Positions 39,290 to 53,564 of a stretch of DNA of 64,000 bases are shown here, one piece after another. Below the pieces are notes generated by a model that saw nothing but the letters and a program-made list of their open reading frames with translations, made no database searches and was not told the DNA's origin. Within the stretch, counting starts at the first letter, position 1. Every line of letters begins with the position of its first letter. Location of the stretch: contig CM097882.1 in assembly GCA_044892505.1 (NCBI GenBank), positions 303,738,001-303,802,000 on the forward strand. Direction: 5' to 3'. Source of the stretch: Schmidtea nova. Lineage: Eukaryota. The translations under genes were made by a program, and so were the position numbers.

Positions 39290-39570
39290 CTATTTCGTTG
39301 TTTATATTGGACTTGAAACAGCGGTTTTTAATGTTTGATGGGTTATTGATGAACTTAAATCTAACTACTGCGGCTTGACTCTCAATGATCTCGTATATAA
39401 ACCTTACAAAAAAATCTTGTTACCAGTTGACTAGAAACGCTGGTGATGTAACGAATGGGTGACTTCCACAAAAATTGAGCACTATATCCAGAGCTATAAT
39501 TGATCGAATTTCTCGGTTGAGTCCAAGGGCGACAGATAGAGGTATACTGCTGTTTTTGCCCTGCTAGTAA
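39290..39570 (-). repeat. diverged third copy of the unknown coding repeat
   Basis: VALGLNREIRSII..HPFV..QD aligns with ..DIRSII..HPFV..GQQD at 44380-44510. Confidence 0.55.
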
Positions 39571-41900
39571 CTCATGAATATTCGTTCAATAGCTCATTTC
39601 TCATAAGAATTTATTTAAAAAAAACATTTTACTCATTCGAGTATTCTTTTGATGTATTCGGGTTTCTATTACACAACGGAAAAATTACATGGTGATAAAT
39701 TTTACTAATAATTTCTGTGGAGCATTTAATTATATTTTAGGGAGAAAAATCTTTATGTTGATTGCTAAATGAGTAAAAATTAAATAATAATTTTTAATAT
39801 CATGATATAATTTAATAATAAATTATAATATTCGCACAATCATACAAAAAACCGAAAAATAAAATGAAACAACAAAGAACAATTTTTAAGTTAAAATTCG
39901 GTCAGTTATCACAATTAAATTTTATTAGAGTGATAGGGACGAAAGTCCGTCCGTCAGATCGATACAATTTTTTGGAAGTTTTTTTAATTAATTCCAAATG
40001 CCTCACCTGTTGTCAATGCTTACGCCTGGCTAGTATAACTTTACTTAGTTTGGATTTTTGACTTAATAAGGATTGGAATCTGTTCCCTCTCGATGTTCAC
40101 ATGGTTTACATGAAATAGCTGTAGTTTATTTTCAGAAATTAAAGCATCTTAGACTGTTGTAATTCTATGATCTAATTGACTTTACTATTTGAGCGTCACG
40201 TTCACACACTATGATTTTATATGCGTGGTTCTTTGTTGCATCTTCTTCCACTTGCTTCTGTAAAAGTTCTATTTGTATTCTGCTCTTTCCCATTTTGTCA
40301 GCGTTGAACCAGATTACTTCCATAGTTCTGCAACAGGATACATTTTATTTAGCCTCGATCTTTACATTTTCTTTCTCATCTTCCATTGTCATCAAACGAT
40401 TGGCTATCGTTTTGATGTGGTGTTTGATGTTCTGTCCTAACTTCACTAATTCGTCCATTTTTGGAGAGAAAATTTAAATAGTGCATTTAGTATTCAATAT
40501 ACTCAGAAAATTATTCACAGTAAATATTATTAATTTAGTTGGTTCGCAATATAAATAGCAAAATGTTTTCTCAAAATCTTATTCTTTTAATTGTTGAGCA
40601 AAAACTGGGATTTGTTTAAATGGCGTGGTATTACAACACGTAGAGAGCGCGCAAGAAGTAGATTTGAAATTCTTTGAACCCAAAACACCAAGTACAGCTC
40701 AGTAGCAGCAGAAAACATGAAATAGTCGATCAGAACACGTTGAAAAATTGAAACGAACAAAAGCGCATTGAATTTATACGTGAAGAACACATGTATAACG
40801 TGAGAACATTAATTGTGTAATAGAATAGCAAATTAGAAAAACTAACATCTTTTCGCGAGGAAATTTTCAAATTTTAGTGTAGAAATTCAAAAAATATGAA
40901 GGAAAATTGTTTGTTAGAAATTATGATAAATTAATTTAATTAGGAAAAACTTTGATCTAAAAATGAAATTTTAGATCAAAAATAAATTATTTAGAATTTA
41001 TTTAAAATTTTATGCAAAAATAATAACTCAATTTTGCGTAAAATAATTGAAATTAATTTTCAAGAATCGGAAAATTCCTTCTAGAACAATTTGTTTTAAT
41101 ACCTTAACGAAAATAAAAATTTGAGCAACTATATATACCGCCATTAAAATGGATTTCGGCATCAATTTCGTCAGAATTTGCAGAATTTGAGCAGAATTTT
41201 CTGGAATTTTGTTGCTAAAAATTTTGAAAGGTTTTTAGCAGTGAAATTTTTAAGAGATAACTTTGCTTAAAATTGTTTGAGAGAATTCTCGGAAGGTGAA
41301 CCCCTCGAAAAAAATTCTAGAAATCGTATACGAACCAAGCGGAGAAGCTATTCGATTACGTAATAATCATAAGGTCTGTTTTGAAAATAATTAACGCCTA
41401 GAATCCTATTACATTTTTTGAAATGCGATATGGTATTCAAAGACTGAAATGAATATTTTATTTTTAATATTGTAGTTATTTTTATTTATATTAAATCACA
41501 TAGCTCTCACAACTACATAAAAATGCGAACATAATAAAAACGAATCGGAAATATGCATTCGTCTCGTCAATCGCCTTCGCTCAATAAATGTCATCTTTAC
41601 TTCACTATGAAAGAATTCGGAAAGTCAAACGTATAAAAGCTCGTAAATGAACCCTCAAAGAGCAATAATAATGTTATATTGAATTATGCTTACAGATTAT
41701 GCTTGATAATAGTTCGTCGAATTTATTCAATCACACCCAAGAACAAGAATAGAAAATTCTTCTCTGTGGGGAGGGGGTTATTTTGTCCGGCGGGCATGTC
41801 GGAGTGTGTGGGGGGAGTTCAGGATTTCCCAGAAAATTAGGGAAATTCTCAATATCACTAATAAAATGTCGTTTTCTAATACTCTACAACCACAAAATCG

Positions 41901-42041
41901 NNNNNNNNNNNNNNNNNNNNNNNNNNNNNNNNNNNNNNNNNNNNNNNNNNNNNNNNNNNNNNNNNNNNNNNNNNNNNNNNNNNNNNNNNNNNNNNNNNNN
42001 NNNNNNNNNNNNNNNNNNNNNNNNNNNNNNNNNNNNNNNNN
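41901..42041. other. assembly gap (141 N)
   Basis: run of n. Confidence 0.99.
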
Positions 42042-43599
42042 ATCAAACTGGGAATTCTGAAATTTCAACGAAGAATTCCAAACAGCTGGATCTTATTAAT
42101 ATTAGTAATGAATGTGTTAATCAAGATGTTCAAATGACTTATTCAAATTCAAGTTTTAAGAGCCCATCATCTCATTCTTTATCTGGCAGTGGTAATTTGT
42201 GTTCGTCAAATGAGAATTCAAAAAAGGATATGATGGTTGTATGTATGTTAGATGCGGAATGGATGGAAAACTGCTCTGACTTTTCGAAAGAGGATTCACA
42301 ACATTCTTGGTCTCCAATTAATAAATAAAAACATTAATTGAAATTTATATTTTGTTTGTTAGTTTGATTTCGTTATTATTCCGTAATTGAATATGTGATT
42401 TCGAATACAATGTAAAGCATCTTGATATATAAAATAAACAGCTCACGTGCATGTTTGTAATTTTTATTAGAATAGTTTTGTACATGATAATAAGTATTAC
42501 TTTAAGTACGCGCGACTCGTTGTGCCTTGACATTAGTTTTCGATATTTTATCATTCTACAACTTTTGTATTGAAGCAGATTATACGTAATTTTGATTTCG
42601 GAAATATGTTTAAATGTCGCTTTTAAATAACTCTGTATAATTTTTTTTGTTATTATTTATTTAAAAGTTTTCTTTGAAAATATTCATGTATTTTGCCTTG
42701 CTTACTAAATAAAGGAGTTGTTTATATAATCATAATTTTGTAAATTTTTTTAAAAATATAATTTGGTTTTGTAATTTGTTTAATTTTCTATCGTAAAATG
42801 AAATTCAGATCAATTGAGGATTAAACTGAATGTGAACTGTTTGTAAGAGAAAATGACAATTTTATTTCCATTAGAAGTAACGTGATTGAACAGTTATGGT
42901 CAACTAAAGGAATAACCGAGAATCGCTTTTGAAATCGTTTCTGATTTAACGTGTGTTTCGGAATTTCATTCTGTGAACCCTTAGGAGCCGCCGATCCATT
43001 ATTCGTTAGAGATTCCCAAAGAGTTAAGTTTAGATCAATTGAAATTATTAACAAGCGAAATCTGTGAAATCGATGTTTTGAAAATTTATGAAATGAATAA
43101 CAATGAGCAAGTCAATCGATCAATATTTTCATCTTTGTTGAAATATCAGAATTTAGCTCAATCTTCTGAGCACACCACAGGGCCATTGATATCTAATATA
43201 AATTCTATTGAATTAAGAACCACCAAGTTCTCCAACCTATAACAGTCGAGGGGCAAAATTATTAAAACTATAGGCAAACTTTACCACCCAGAAACTCGAT
43301 ATACCACTCATTAGAACCCCCTCAGATCATACATTTGTACATATGTGATGTGAAAATATAGGCTTATACGTATCTCATTAGTTTACACAGTACACATCTC
43401 TTCTCTCATAAAATGAACTGGACTCATGCAAAACCCCTTAGCCAGAAGCATGGAAACTTCACAATGATCAATAAACTGCCGCTTAGGAGACAATGGAGAA
43501 GGTTTACTATTACCCATTAATCATTCTGGAGGTGAGAAAAAAATTCCACCCTTCCTAAAATTTGTAATGATGGTTAAATTTTACCTAATATAGTAACAA

Positions 43600-44600
43600 G
43601 TTGATTTGAACGTGCAGTAAAATTTTAAATTAAATTTAAAAAATTAAATTATTTCAAAAAACCGAAATCTGATGGCGACAAATTTCAAATGGGAAGTTTT
43701 ACTGAATTAAAGTCGTTACTAAGGCCTCAGCAAAATTTTAAAATCTAAATGTTAAAATTTTAATTATTCTATTATAAATTTAGAGCAAGATAGACAATAG
43801 AATTAGGATATGAATAAAGTTTTGCTTGAATTTTAAATATTAAAATATAATAATTTGGAAAAAATTACGAAATAATAGTCATTTTGATAAAATTAACGGT
43901 TGTAGAATATCCCCGAAAATATGAATTTTTAAAGGAATATTCGATCCCCGAATTGAGATTGTGATAATATGCTTTGCTATGATCGTGTGAAATAAATGTG
44001 TGGAATGCTTATGTCTTTGGATAATATAGCGTATAACGATTAATGGAAATAATCGATTTCATTGTGCTTTGGATATTGGTAGGAAAAATTGAGAATTCAG
44101 TGACAGTAGGGTACAAAAACATCCCGAAAAACCCGAAGAACTTTAATACTCTTTGTACGAATGATTTTCTTGATTTTATTCTGTTTATCAGTGTGTTATG
44201 TGTACTTAAAATGGGTCCTTGCATGAATTACTGATGTTTTGATGTTGAAAAAGGTTTTATTTTGATGCAATAATAAATTTATATTGATGTAGATTATCTA
44301 TTTTGAAAGTCCGATTAAAATTTTATTGAATCTTTATGGATAAATGTTTGAAGAAGGGACGAAATGGGCATTAAACCTTCTAGCGGTAGCCCTTGGACCC
44401 AGGAGATATTCGGTCAATCATAGTTTTGAATTTTCGACGCTCACTGATTGCGAATACCCATCCATTTGTTGCATTACCAACGTTACATTGTGACGGGCAA
44501 CAAGATGGTTAATCTAATGTTTTATGTGTTGAGTTGTTGATTTGAGCCACAGCAACGTCAAGGTCATATTGACAGTCAACAACCTACCATAATTATAAAT
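43600..44600 (+). repeat. decayed dispersed element of unknown class (copy 2)
   Basis: inverted homolog of 26230-27760. Confidence 0.75.
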
Positions 44601-45189
44601 TTGAAATAAATCAAACATACAGTATTATTAATTCATCAGACACAAAATCTGATATAAGTCAGATTTTAACAATCTCGCAACAATCATAAAAATTTTAATA
44701 TGTTTTAACCAGTGACATACCTAGAACTTTTGCCGCCCGGGGCGGTCTCAAATTTGCCGCGATTTCTAAGTCAATCAAATGGGGGTTTGTATAAATTAAT
44801 AAACATGAACAAACAATAGGTGAGGAACTTTTTCACACTGGTGCGTCACCAAACTGGCGATAATGGTTCTCCAGACTGGGCAACGTTCTGTCTCTCCACA
44901 CTTCCTTTATGCTAACACAAAGTGATTTAAAATAAAAGTAACATTATTTGACTATTTTCAATCAATTCAGGACGGACAATTATCCACCTTGTCCCCCCTG
45001 CGGGCGTCATTGAATCAGAACTATGATAAAAGAGAACATAAAAATTTTTTTAAACGATTAATTAATTATTTAATTCTTTAGTAATATAAATATAATTATT
45101 GTAGGTTGGTCAGTTGACGTAAAAACTTCAATTTATCTTCTTTATATTCATAGTCCTGAAAAACTCTTGCCACTTGATTACAAAGAGCC

Positions 45190-46560
45190 GAATAATTTTT
45201 TTTGTAATTTCTGGGCGACCTGTTCGAAAATTAGCTAATATTACTTGCCGACAAGCTATATCTTTCCTCAATCCATCTAATAGGTTCTAAATTCTTGGGT
45301 AACTACAATGGAACAGCGAATTTAAAACGTTGTGGAAGTCCTCACAGCAATTTGTAGTCTTAGGACACCTTTCTGCAGCAGCATCAAAATGATTCCAAAT
45401 TCAAATTGGAAAGAGAGGTGATCTTCCGAAACAAATAGTTTATAGTAAAATTAAAATAATTAAATATTAAATATTAAATAAACAAACCGTATTCCATGAA
45501 AACTAATTAATTCCATGAATTAGAATTTTTCTGTTTTATCATAGTTCTGTTTTTTCATGTTTTGTTTTATCCGGTTACCGACTTTTTCACTGCGTCTCCC
45601 AATCGCTCTATGAATTCGTTCTGAATTTTTGGCGATAAATAAGAAATACTATATTTATTACCCATCCTAATTTTTACTTCATGTTCAAGTAATAATGGAT
45701 GGTACTTAGCCAACAAGTCAACAAGCTCTAGAAAATTTCCTCTATATTCCATTGAACTGATATTTTCTTGATGATCACTTTAACGATGACCTCTTAACGC
45801 CAAATTATTTTTTGCTAAGAATCTAATTATATCAAGTATTGTAAAAATTTCCTTCCATTTTTTGATTTCTTTAGCAATATTCTGTTGTTGTAGATTATCC
45901 AAAGTTGCAATATGTCTAAGTCTTATTTCTCATTCCTTCACTTGGGGAAATGATTGAATGCGCAGTGGATTCAACTCGTGTTGACTTATTTTGGTATTAA
46001 GTTTCCACCATTTATTAAAACTATTTTCTGTGTTAAAACTTCATTAACAAAGATCATCAAATAGTTTACAACAAAAACAATAAATACTTTTCTTCGATGG
46101 TGAATACATTATCCATGACCTTAACAGCTTTTCACTATTAGGCAAAATTTGAAAAAACCAGTCGCGATTAAGTTTACTTGTTAAACCTTTGGCTTTGATA
46201 GTATTACCAGGACGTTTTACTATTTCACTGAAATTGGCATCTAAATTTTGAATTGCAGACGGACCTTGATGTACCAGGAATATTCTTGTTTTGTCATCAA
46301 TCTTGTTAAGCCATAATCCAACATTTTCATAGAAATAGACGGAATAATTTGCGCAGCAGACTCTTCATCAGAACTTGATGAACATTTTACTTCTTCGCCA
46401 GTATGTAAGGCAGGTCTTTCTGCTTCAACAACATTGGAAGAAGTTTTCTAGCTTTCGAGGACTTATACTTCGCCATTTTTTTGAATGAAAATTACTTGAT
46501 AAATTTTAAAATTTTAAAAATATTTTTACTTAACCATTGTTTAAAATAATCATATTCACC
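45190..46560 (-). pseudogene. hAT transposase remnant (ZMYM1/DUF4371-like)
   Basis: RSWIMYSPSKKSIYCFCCKLF and GNFLELVDLLAKY..YLSPKIQNEFI. Confidence 0.85.
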
Positions 46561-46665
46561 ATAGCCACCGCTAACTTTTGGAGCAATAATTGAATTTTAA
46601 TAAACAATTTTTAGAAAATTTAGGTCATTTTGATTGTATATCAACTGCAATATTATTATAAATAC

Positions 46666-47379
46666 GGTACTTCTATACTTTCCCCTCACCTTTGATTATT
46701 ATATAACAAATCATTATAATTTATTGTAAAGGATTGTACAATACTATACCACTCAATATACATTCAAACAAATCCTTTCCTTTATTTCTCTGTCTCCATA
46801 TGAATTCACATAGATAAGAGTCGAGAAGACTTCGGTGAGTTCCCCATCTTCTTTTGTGTTTCTGTTTAGCAACATTCCACATTCCTTCCACAGTATTTGT
46901 ACATGCACCATTGTTTGGGTCAATGGAGTTTTCTGAGTGATTGACAGTTAAATGTGTATAATGCATATTTGGTATTTCAGTAATGCCATTGTATGCTGCC
47001 CATCGATCACTTACGATTGTTGTATGCAGCAAAATCGACTCCTTAATAACGGGAAGTAGTGTTGCTGCCGATCTGCCTGGTATGGCATACAAAAAACATT
47101 CCTTTGTCTCACGGCAAATCCCGCCAAATACCCATTGCTCGTTTATTTGTCTACCAATATTATACTTTCGTCGTACGAAACAACTTTCATCTATTTCAAC
47201 AGTAGTGTTCTGACCACCAATTTGGATTGGATTAGCAAGAAGGCTTTGAGCACGCATCTCCCTCATATAGTTATTCCAGTCCACAATTGTGTTTTGGCTG
47301 TAAATATTCAACTCACTTTGACAAAATGCAATTTAGACGCATGCCAAAAATCAAAGGTGGGGGGAAGTATAGAAGTACC
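46666..47379 (-). mobile_element. Merlin (IS1595/ISXO2-like) deletion derivative
   Basis: ~30-bp TIR ggtacttctatacttcccc; 8-bp TSD ATAAATAC; open 196-aa DDE core VEIDES..WVFGG..SDRWAAY..HLTVNHS..TNTVEGMW. Confidence 0.93.
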
Positions 47380-48361
47380 ATAAATACTAGTCAAAAAATA
47401 TTATTATTATTAAATTACTTTTCATTTAACAAAATAATTTCTTTAAAACAGTCTTAAACAAAAATTACTTAAATAAAAAGAAGTGATTTAAAAACATTTA
47501 ATAAAAAAATCAAACACATTACTATACCGTTTCCATAACTAATGAAACAACCAAATAAAACAATTCATAAGCAAGGACCTACCTGTCTTAAAAAACATTT
47601 ATTACGAAATCATATGGGTAACGCTTCCACCACTAATGAATAAAAATGAAATTTAAAAAAATTTGTATCAAATATTTATTTTTTATCTATAACTAACAAA
47701 ATTTTCTCAACTATTTCGCAGGATCCATTTGTGATATTTAATCACTTTTTCGGTAAAACTTGCGCATCGGTATTGCAACTTGATTGCATCTGTATTTTTA
47801 CTTAATTTACAAAATCAATAATAATTATAACTAATAAAAAATGAACTACAAGTCATAACTAATAAAAAATTATTTAAATAAAAGATGTAATTCAAAAAAC
47901 AAAGACATACAAGTCTTAAACAATAAATTAAGTCTACTAAATAAAAAATTATTCAAAAATAATTGTTAAACAGTACAATAAAATTTACAATTTCCTTAAC
48001 TTTTTTCGCATCACCCATTTGTGATATTTCTGTGCTATTGAGGCAACTGTCTTATCTATAGGGATATATGATTTTAGCGCTGCAGCTTGATATATCCTCA
48101 TCTAAATTATGTTGATGATCGGCCAAGATTTCATTGAGATGGATCCATGTTATTGTATGGATCTTGTAAGGCAGAAGCACTGGAGCGCAGAATACGAGTT
48201 ATCTCAACAATTCCGGGAAGAGATTCTCCATCTTGGAAATGAAAACGGCCATCAATTTATGTAAATGAATGCAAATATTTATAAAATATCTTTTAAATAA
48301 TCTAAGCTTATTATTAGAATTATTCGAAGAAATTTTTACATAAATCTAACAAAAATGACAT

Positions 48362-48409
<48 letters not shown>

Positions 48410-48984
48410 TTAATTATGTAATTAGTATTAAAAATTTTAAAAATCCAAGTCATAATTCACTGATTTGATATCGTTAATAATTTCGTCAACGAAAACATGA
48501 TAGTTTAATGCTTTCATACCAAGTATAACTACTTTACCAATGTTAAATATGTTGACACATAAAGGGTTATATTTTATGTATCTCAATGCCGGAAATATTT
48601 AGGGTTCATAAAAACGTGTAATATTTCGTGATAATTCATTTAGATTGACACATGTTCCAATATCCGTAGTAACTGTAATTGATTGTATTTGCAAATAACT
48701 TATTTTATACAATAAATCATCATTTTTAAGTGATTGCTTACATCCCATTATTTTACATCTACTCGTCTTGAAAAATATATTTATATACTTGCTGCTCATA
48801 TCTACAATTTGTGCGGTTTATATTTTGAAAATTTATGAGAAACAGAGCATTTTCCTTTATAATTTATGTTGTTTAACATTTTTCGATTGATTATTTTTTA
48901 AATAATTTTCATAAAAGTAAAACAATAAATTAAAACAAATATAAAAATATCATTAAACAAGTAATTTTTTGAAAATAGGATTAA

Positions 48985-49500
48985 GAAACGATGCAGTTTA
49001 TCAAGTTGTTGGTTTAAATGAAAGTTGAAAAAAATAATTTGTTTTTAAATTATTACAATCAAAATTGTTCAAGTCTAAATTCAACAAAATATATTGGCAT
49101 AAAGGAGGATTTGATAAAAGCTGGTCTTCTAGATTATGAAATGCTGATGTGATTATTATTGATTACTTGTAACAAGAAGCAAAGAAAGAAAGGGACTTTA
49201 ATAATTTATTTACTAAAATCGTTAGACACAAATGTGTTACAGTTATTTTTGTTAATCAGAATTTATTTCATCAAGGTGGATAGCATTGAACTCGTAATTT
49301 GAATGTTAAAATATCTAGCTATTTTTAAAAATCCTAGAGATGCTACAGTTATTGAGTTTCTCGAAAGACAGACGTACCCCAATAATCATAATTTCTTGAT
49401 CAATGCATTTCAAGATGCAATTAAATTCTTAAATAGTTATATTTTTCTTGACTTTACTCACAATGCAATGATGAATTACGTGTTAAAACTGATATTTTCA
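48985..49500 (+). pseudogene. Polinton/adintovirus packaging ATPase (A32/FtsK-like) remnant
   Basis: degenerate Walker A VGLNES.K, VIIID, NLFTK..VTVIFVNQNLFHQG, LNVKYLAIFKNPRD. Confidence 0.85.
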
Positions 49501-49759
49501 ACAAAGAAGGAGCCATGGTTTATAAACAAAGTTTAATAGATGTATATTATCAATCATGTTAATGAAATCTCGAGTAAAATTTTCGCGCTTGATAAAGGCT
49601 AGAAAAACAAAGAAACTGGGAAAAATTAATAAAATTCTATCAAAGAAAACAAAGAAACCAGTTTCAAAAACCAGTTACAAACAACCGAAAAAATACTTAT
49701 TGATAATATTCCAAAGAGTAATCATATTCAAAATAATTTAAAACCAAATCCAAAACAAA

Positions 49760-50070
49760 TACATCATAGTAGTTTCCAATTTTTCAATGCATTACTTAAA
49801 GCCCCAAGTATTAGAAGAAAGAGTATTTTACAATCGTCTCCTAATTACGTTATTGATGATTACTAATGATTTTAATTAAAGTCGTTAGAGGTAAAATCCT
49901 TATAAGTGAATCAAATAGAAGGGTTTTGAACAAAATCAAGAAACCTTTGTTATAACTCGTAAAAACAAAAAATAGAAAACTAATGCGTAAATTAATATAT
50001 TAACAACAAGTAGGATTTATTGCAGCATTGTTACCATTAGTATTATCACTATTGGAAGGTTCTGGTTTAT
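49760..50070 (+). pseudogene. Polinton basic core-like gene remnant
   Basis: RRKSILQ..KPLL.LVKTKNRK..QQVGFIAALLPLVLSLL. Confidence 0.55.
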
Positions 50071-50940
50071 TAGAAAATGGTCATTAATAATGATACACTA
50101 ATTATCTCATCTAACTTGAACTTTAAATCTTCTTGTTGTAATGGAGAAGATATGGACGAACCCAAATCACAAAGCAGGTTTCGATGGAGTCAAAAAGCTA
50201 AGGAAAAATGTATCAAATTCTAAAAACAGACTCAAACTTGACTATCGGGGCAACTTGCACACAGTCTAAACAACACGATGCTGAAACGCTTCCTGACTCG
50301 AGCATATAAAACATATAGAATTAATGATTTGTGGCAAATGGATTTGATGGAAATGATTCCGTATTCAAAAATTAACAAGGGATACAAGTATATTTTAACA
50401 TAAAATGATGTTTTCAGTCGTTTTGTGAAGGCTATTCCAGTAAAATATAAATCTGCTAATGATATTGAATTTGCAATCAAAACAATGTTCAATGGTGTAC
50501 GTCAAAATAATTTACAAACTGATTTGGGTAAGTTAATTTATTTTTATTAAATATTAATTATTTATCTAGGCAAAGACTTTTACAACAGTGTTGGGCCAGC
50601 CAAATGACAAGAAATCGTCTAAAATAAATAATATATTTAGAGAATAATAATAAAATACCAGTGAATAGATGAAAGGCCAACCAAAAATCATTGAAGTCTG
50701 AAAAAGAAAATGATATAATAATGAATAATAAAAATATGACAACCTGAAAACCAGTCAAGTAGAACCAGACCACCAAAGCAAGCATGACATCACCAGAATA
50801 TGTCATAAATCATAAAATAAAGACATAAGATAAAGACATAAAATATATCAAATAAGATGAATTAAAATCAAAAACTATCAATGACTGGACATCAGAAATA
50901 ATTAGAAAATAAATACCAAACATTAATAACACAGTGACGA

Positions 50941-51092
50941 ATTCTGATTGGCCGACCCAAACTGAAAACTGTTATATAAGCAGTAGCCAAAATCAGTAGA
51001 GAGAGAATTTTTGTCATTGAGTACCAAGAATGTCACTGTAAAAACATTGAAATTGTACCTTGAGATCATCTAGCGAAATAAAAGGTATGAGT
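50941..51092 (+). promoter_or_regulatory. element D promoter, AATAAA and splice donor
   Basis: ctgattgg, TATATAA 50973, TCAGT 50993, AATAAAAG|GTATGAGT 51077-51092. Confidence 0.7.
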
Positions 51093-51156
51093 TAGTTGTT
51101 ATTCTTTAATATGATACGAGCTCTCATGATTCATATATTTAAAATCATTAAGACCA

Positions 51157-51235
51157 CATCTGGAGGGTCTCCGGACCCGTAGGGCGCCAAAGGGCCTCTC
51201 AGCGCATTACCTTCGTGGTGATGGCGGATGCGGCG
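51157..51235 (+). ncRNA. motif 1 (copy D)
   Basis: ggtc-tccg-gacc hairpin; GGCCTCT-cagc..cattacc-ttcgt-ggtgatg..ATGCGGCG. Confidence 0.5.
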
Positions 51236-51804
51236 TAGTTTTCTCGATAAACTATGGGAACGGGATGGGGGTGCACATGGTCTCGTATGTCAGAGCGAGT
51301 TATGTGGGTTAAAAGAGTTGAACTGCCAAAATAGTAATGATTGATAACCGATATATAATGGATGATATCGAAGCAAACCCACCACAATAGACCCATTCCA
51401 ACGAGGAAGCGAACATCCACCCCGAATGATGATAAATGATGATGCGATTGACCGATTAATGTGTAATGATGTCTCATAAAATCAGGAAGGTGATTCTTAG
51501 TTGACTACAACAGTTCCAAACCTTACATTGTATGATGAGTTGATGTAGTGAATGTCAAGGCATTCAAGAGTTATGTATGCGATCGATCAAAATAACCAGC
51601 GCGCTGATTAGAGTGAATCGGCACTAATACAACAGCCAATACAGTGTACTTGAATAAACAGGGAATGATGAATATGCAAATATTGATAACGAATGCTGAT
51701 GAAGGGAGGTCTGATGAGTTGTTGTGGGTGAATGACGTCGGAAGGTGAAATTCCAGCCTGATTAAATGTGATAATACAGTTATTTTCGTTCCAAGAAACT
51801 CGAC

Positions 51805-52347
51805 ATGAAAGGTCGACCTAATCTCGGTAAAGACGCATGGTGAAAGGACAATGGCACCCAGTCATTTTCAATCGTCATAGCGCTAGACGAAGCGCCAACC
51901 AAACTCTAGGACTGCGTAAGAAGGCATTTGCTCCATTGGCGTAGATCACACGATATTTCAAAGCTCTTCTCAGACCAAACAACATGGAGAATCAAACTAC
52001 GGTGGGAAGGTGACTCCCATTGGCCGCTAGTAAACCACCAACCCTTTTCAGATAAGCCAAAGTGGTTCATCAAGATGCAGGAACCCTCTGGAAAACACTG
52101 ATGGCTATTTCATTTCCAGGCGATAGCGGTGTCCGAACTCCACCGTTTGGGATACGTGATTTTGGATCGACCAAGAAACATTGTCACGGGAGAATCGATT
52201 TCCTATACAAATCTACCTACCGGAACACTAACCACGGATGAACGAAGTACCATTTGGGTGGCAGGTGTCGAATGGCAGGAAGTTTTTCTGTATAAAGGAC
52301 AATTATGCTGGAACCCAAACCCCGATTTCTATCATGCCAATCCATAA
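51805..52347 (+). pseudogene. element ORF1 (copy D; stops and a frameshift)
   Basis: RRHLLHWRRSH..LRWEGDSHW..KPKWFIK..GYVILDRP..WQEVFLYKGQLCWNP. Confidence 0.75.
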
Positions 52348-52638
52348 TCAGTGTGTAGTAAAGTTAAAAATAAATCTTCGTCTCCACATTTGCTGTATGT
52401 CGTATGTTGAGTTTGCATGAGTGGAAATATGGAAGGTAGTAATTAAGAATGACTGAAATACAATAAAAGGACTTGTAATGAGAATGATGCCTGTGTGAGT
52501 AGTTTGATGACGAGTTATAAGCAAGTTGATGAGAGAAAAATCTGGTTGGGTCATGAGTTTAACCGTTACACATGAGAGTGACGATCAATCTGTTGACTAA
52601 TAAAATCAAGGACATGACTGTTGTTTCTATTTTAGAAA

Positions 52639-53202
52639 ATGGAGTCATCAAACAAATCGACTACTGACGAGGAGGTTGAACAGATGCGTCGACGTATCTG
52701 TCTTCTAGAGGGAACGATAAATCGGCAGCGAGTAGACTTAGAGGAACTCCGACGGAGCTGGTTTTGTCCTGCCGCAGTTAAGGAGATCCAAAAGGGAAAG
52801 GATTGTTCACAGCGCGCCCTTGACGAACAAGCAATTGAATTGGCAGCGACCCGAGTAGAACTAAATCGCTGTCTTAAGACGGTGTCGGCCAACTTCATCT
52901 CTGAGTACCTAAAAGAAAAGATTAGAGCAACCACGTTCGACAGATGGGTTCCGTCACGGAGCATAAATATGGAGACTCAAACCGATAACCTGATTAGTAG
53001 CACGGTCACGACTAGTGAGATAAAAACTGGAACGTCTGTAGCCAACGCCAAGACGAAAAAGCGAAACAGATTAGGAGCGAAGCGCCGACGAGAAAGACGT
53101 GCCTATGCCAATCGAATGGGCATAGAAGTGGATTTGTTGAGTGGATTGTCAGAACGACAATTACTGAAAGTAATCAACCCAAAGGTGTTATTAGGTCAAT
53201 AA
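52639..53202 (+). CDS. element ORF2, intact 187 aa
   Basis: open ORF; coiled coil, [22 protein letters not shown]. Confidence 0.85.
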   Translation: MESSNKSTTDEEVEQMRRRICLLEGTINRQRVDLEELRRSWFCPAAVKEIQKGKDCSQRALDEQAIELAATRVELNRCLKTVSANFISEYLKEKIRATTFDRWVPSRSINMETQTDNLISSTVTTSEIKTGTSVANAKTKKRNRLGAKRRRERRAYANRMGIEVDLLSGLSERQLLKVINPKVLLGQ

Positions 53203-53379
53203 AATATAGAATTGTTTTGTGTGCGTGTAATTGTATGATGAGTAGGAGAAGTAGAACGTATGCATGAGTAAATAATCGGAAATTCACAATTCATTTAACC
53301 GGAAGACCGATGGAGATAAGTAAATAGAACCCTAGACGAAATTGAAACGGTGAATGAGTAAAAGGGGGACCGAAGTAAA

Positions 53380-53564
53380 TCCACAAAGACCTTCTATCGG
53401 TAGTGGTGGACCCGTAGATAAATGAGGGAATAGTAGCCGCAAGGTTGCTCACCTGCCTCATCATTCTACAACGTTAGATACACCACCAACATGATGAGTA
53501 GTTAGGGACACATCATGGGTATCAGCGAGGTGAATATTTTTATGTTGGTGAGATTGCCCTAATC
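53380..53564 (+). ncRNA. structured RNA motif 2 (copy D)
   Basis: atgagg/cctcat, GCAA loop, gatac/gtatc, catgatg/catcatg, ttaggg/ccctaa. Confidence 0.7.

Noticed and set aside
41778-42328. ORFs spanning the N run
   Set aside because: Openness is an artefact of the gap. The Ser/Asn-rich tail 42042-42328 might be a host exon but cannot be assigned.
52639-53202. ORF2 as a hepatitis delta antigen homolog
   Set aside because: Only generic coiled-coil and RRERR resemblance; no alignable motifs. A profile search would be needed.
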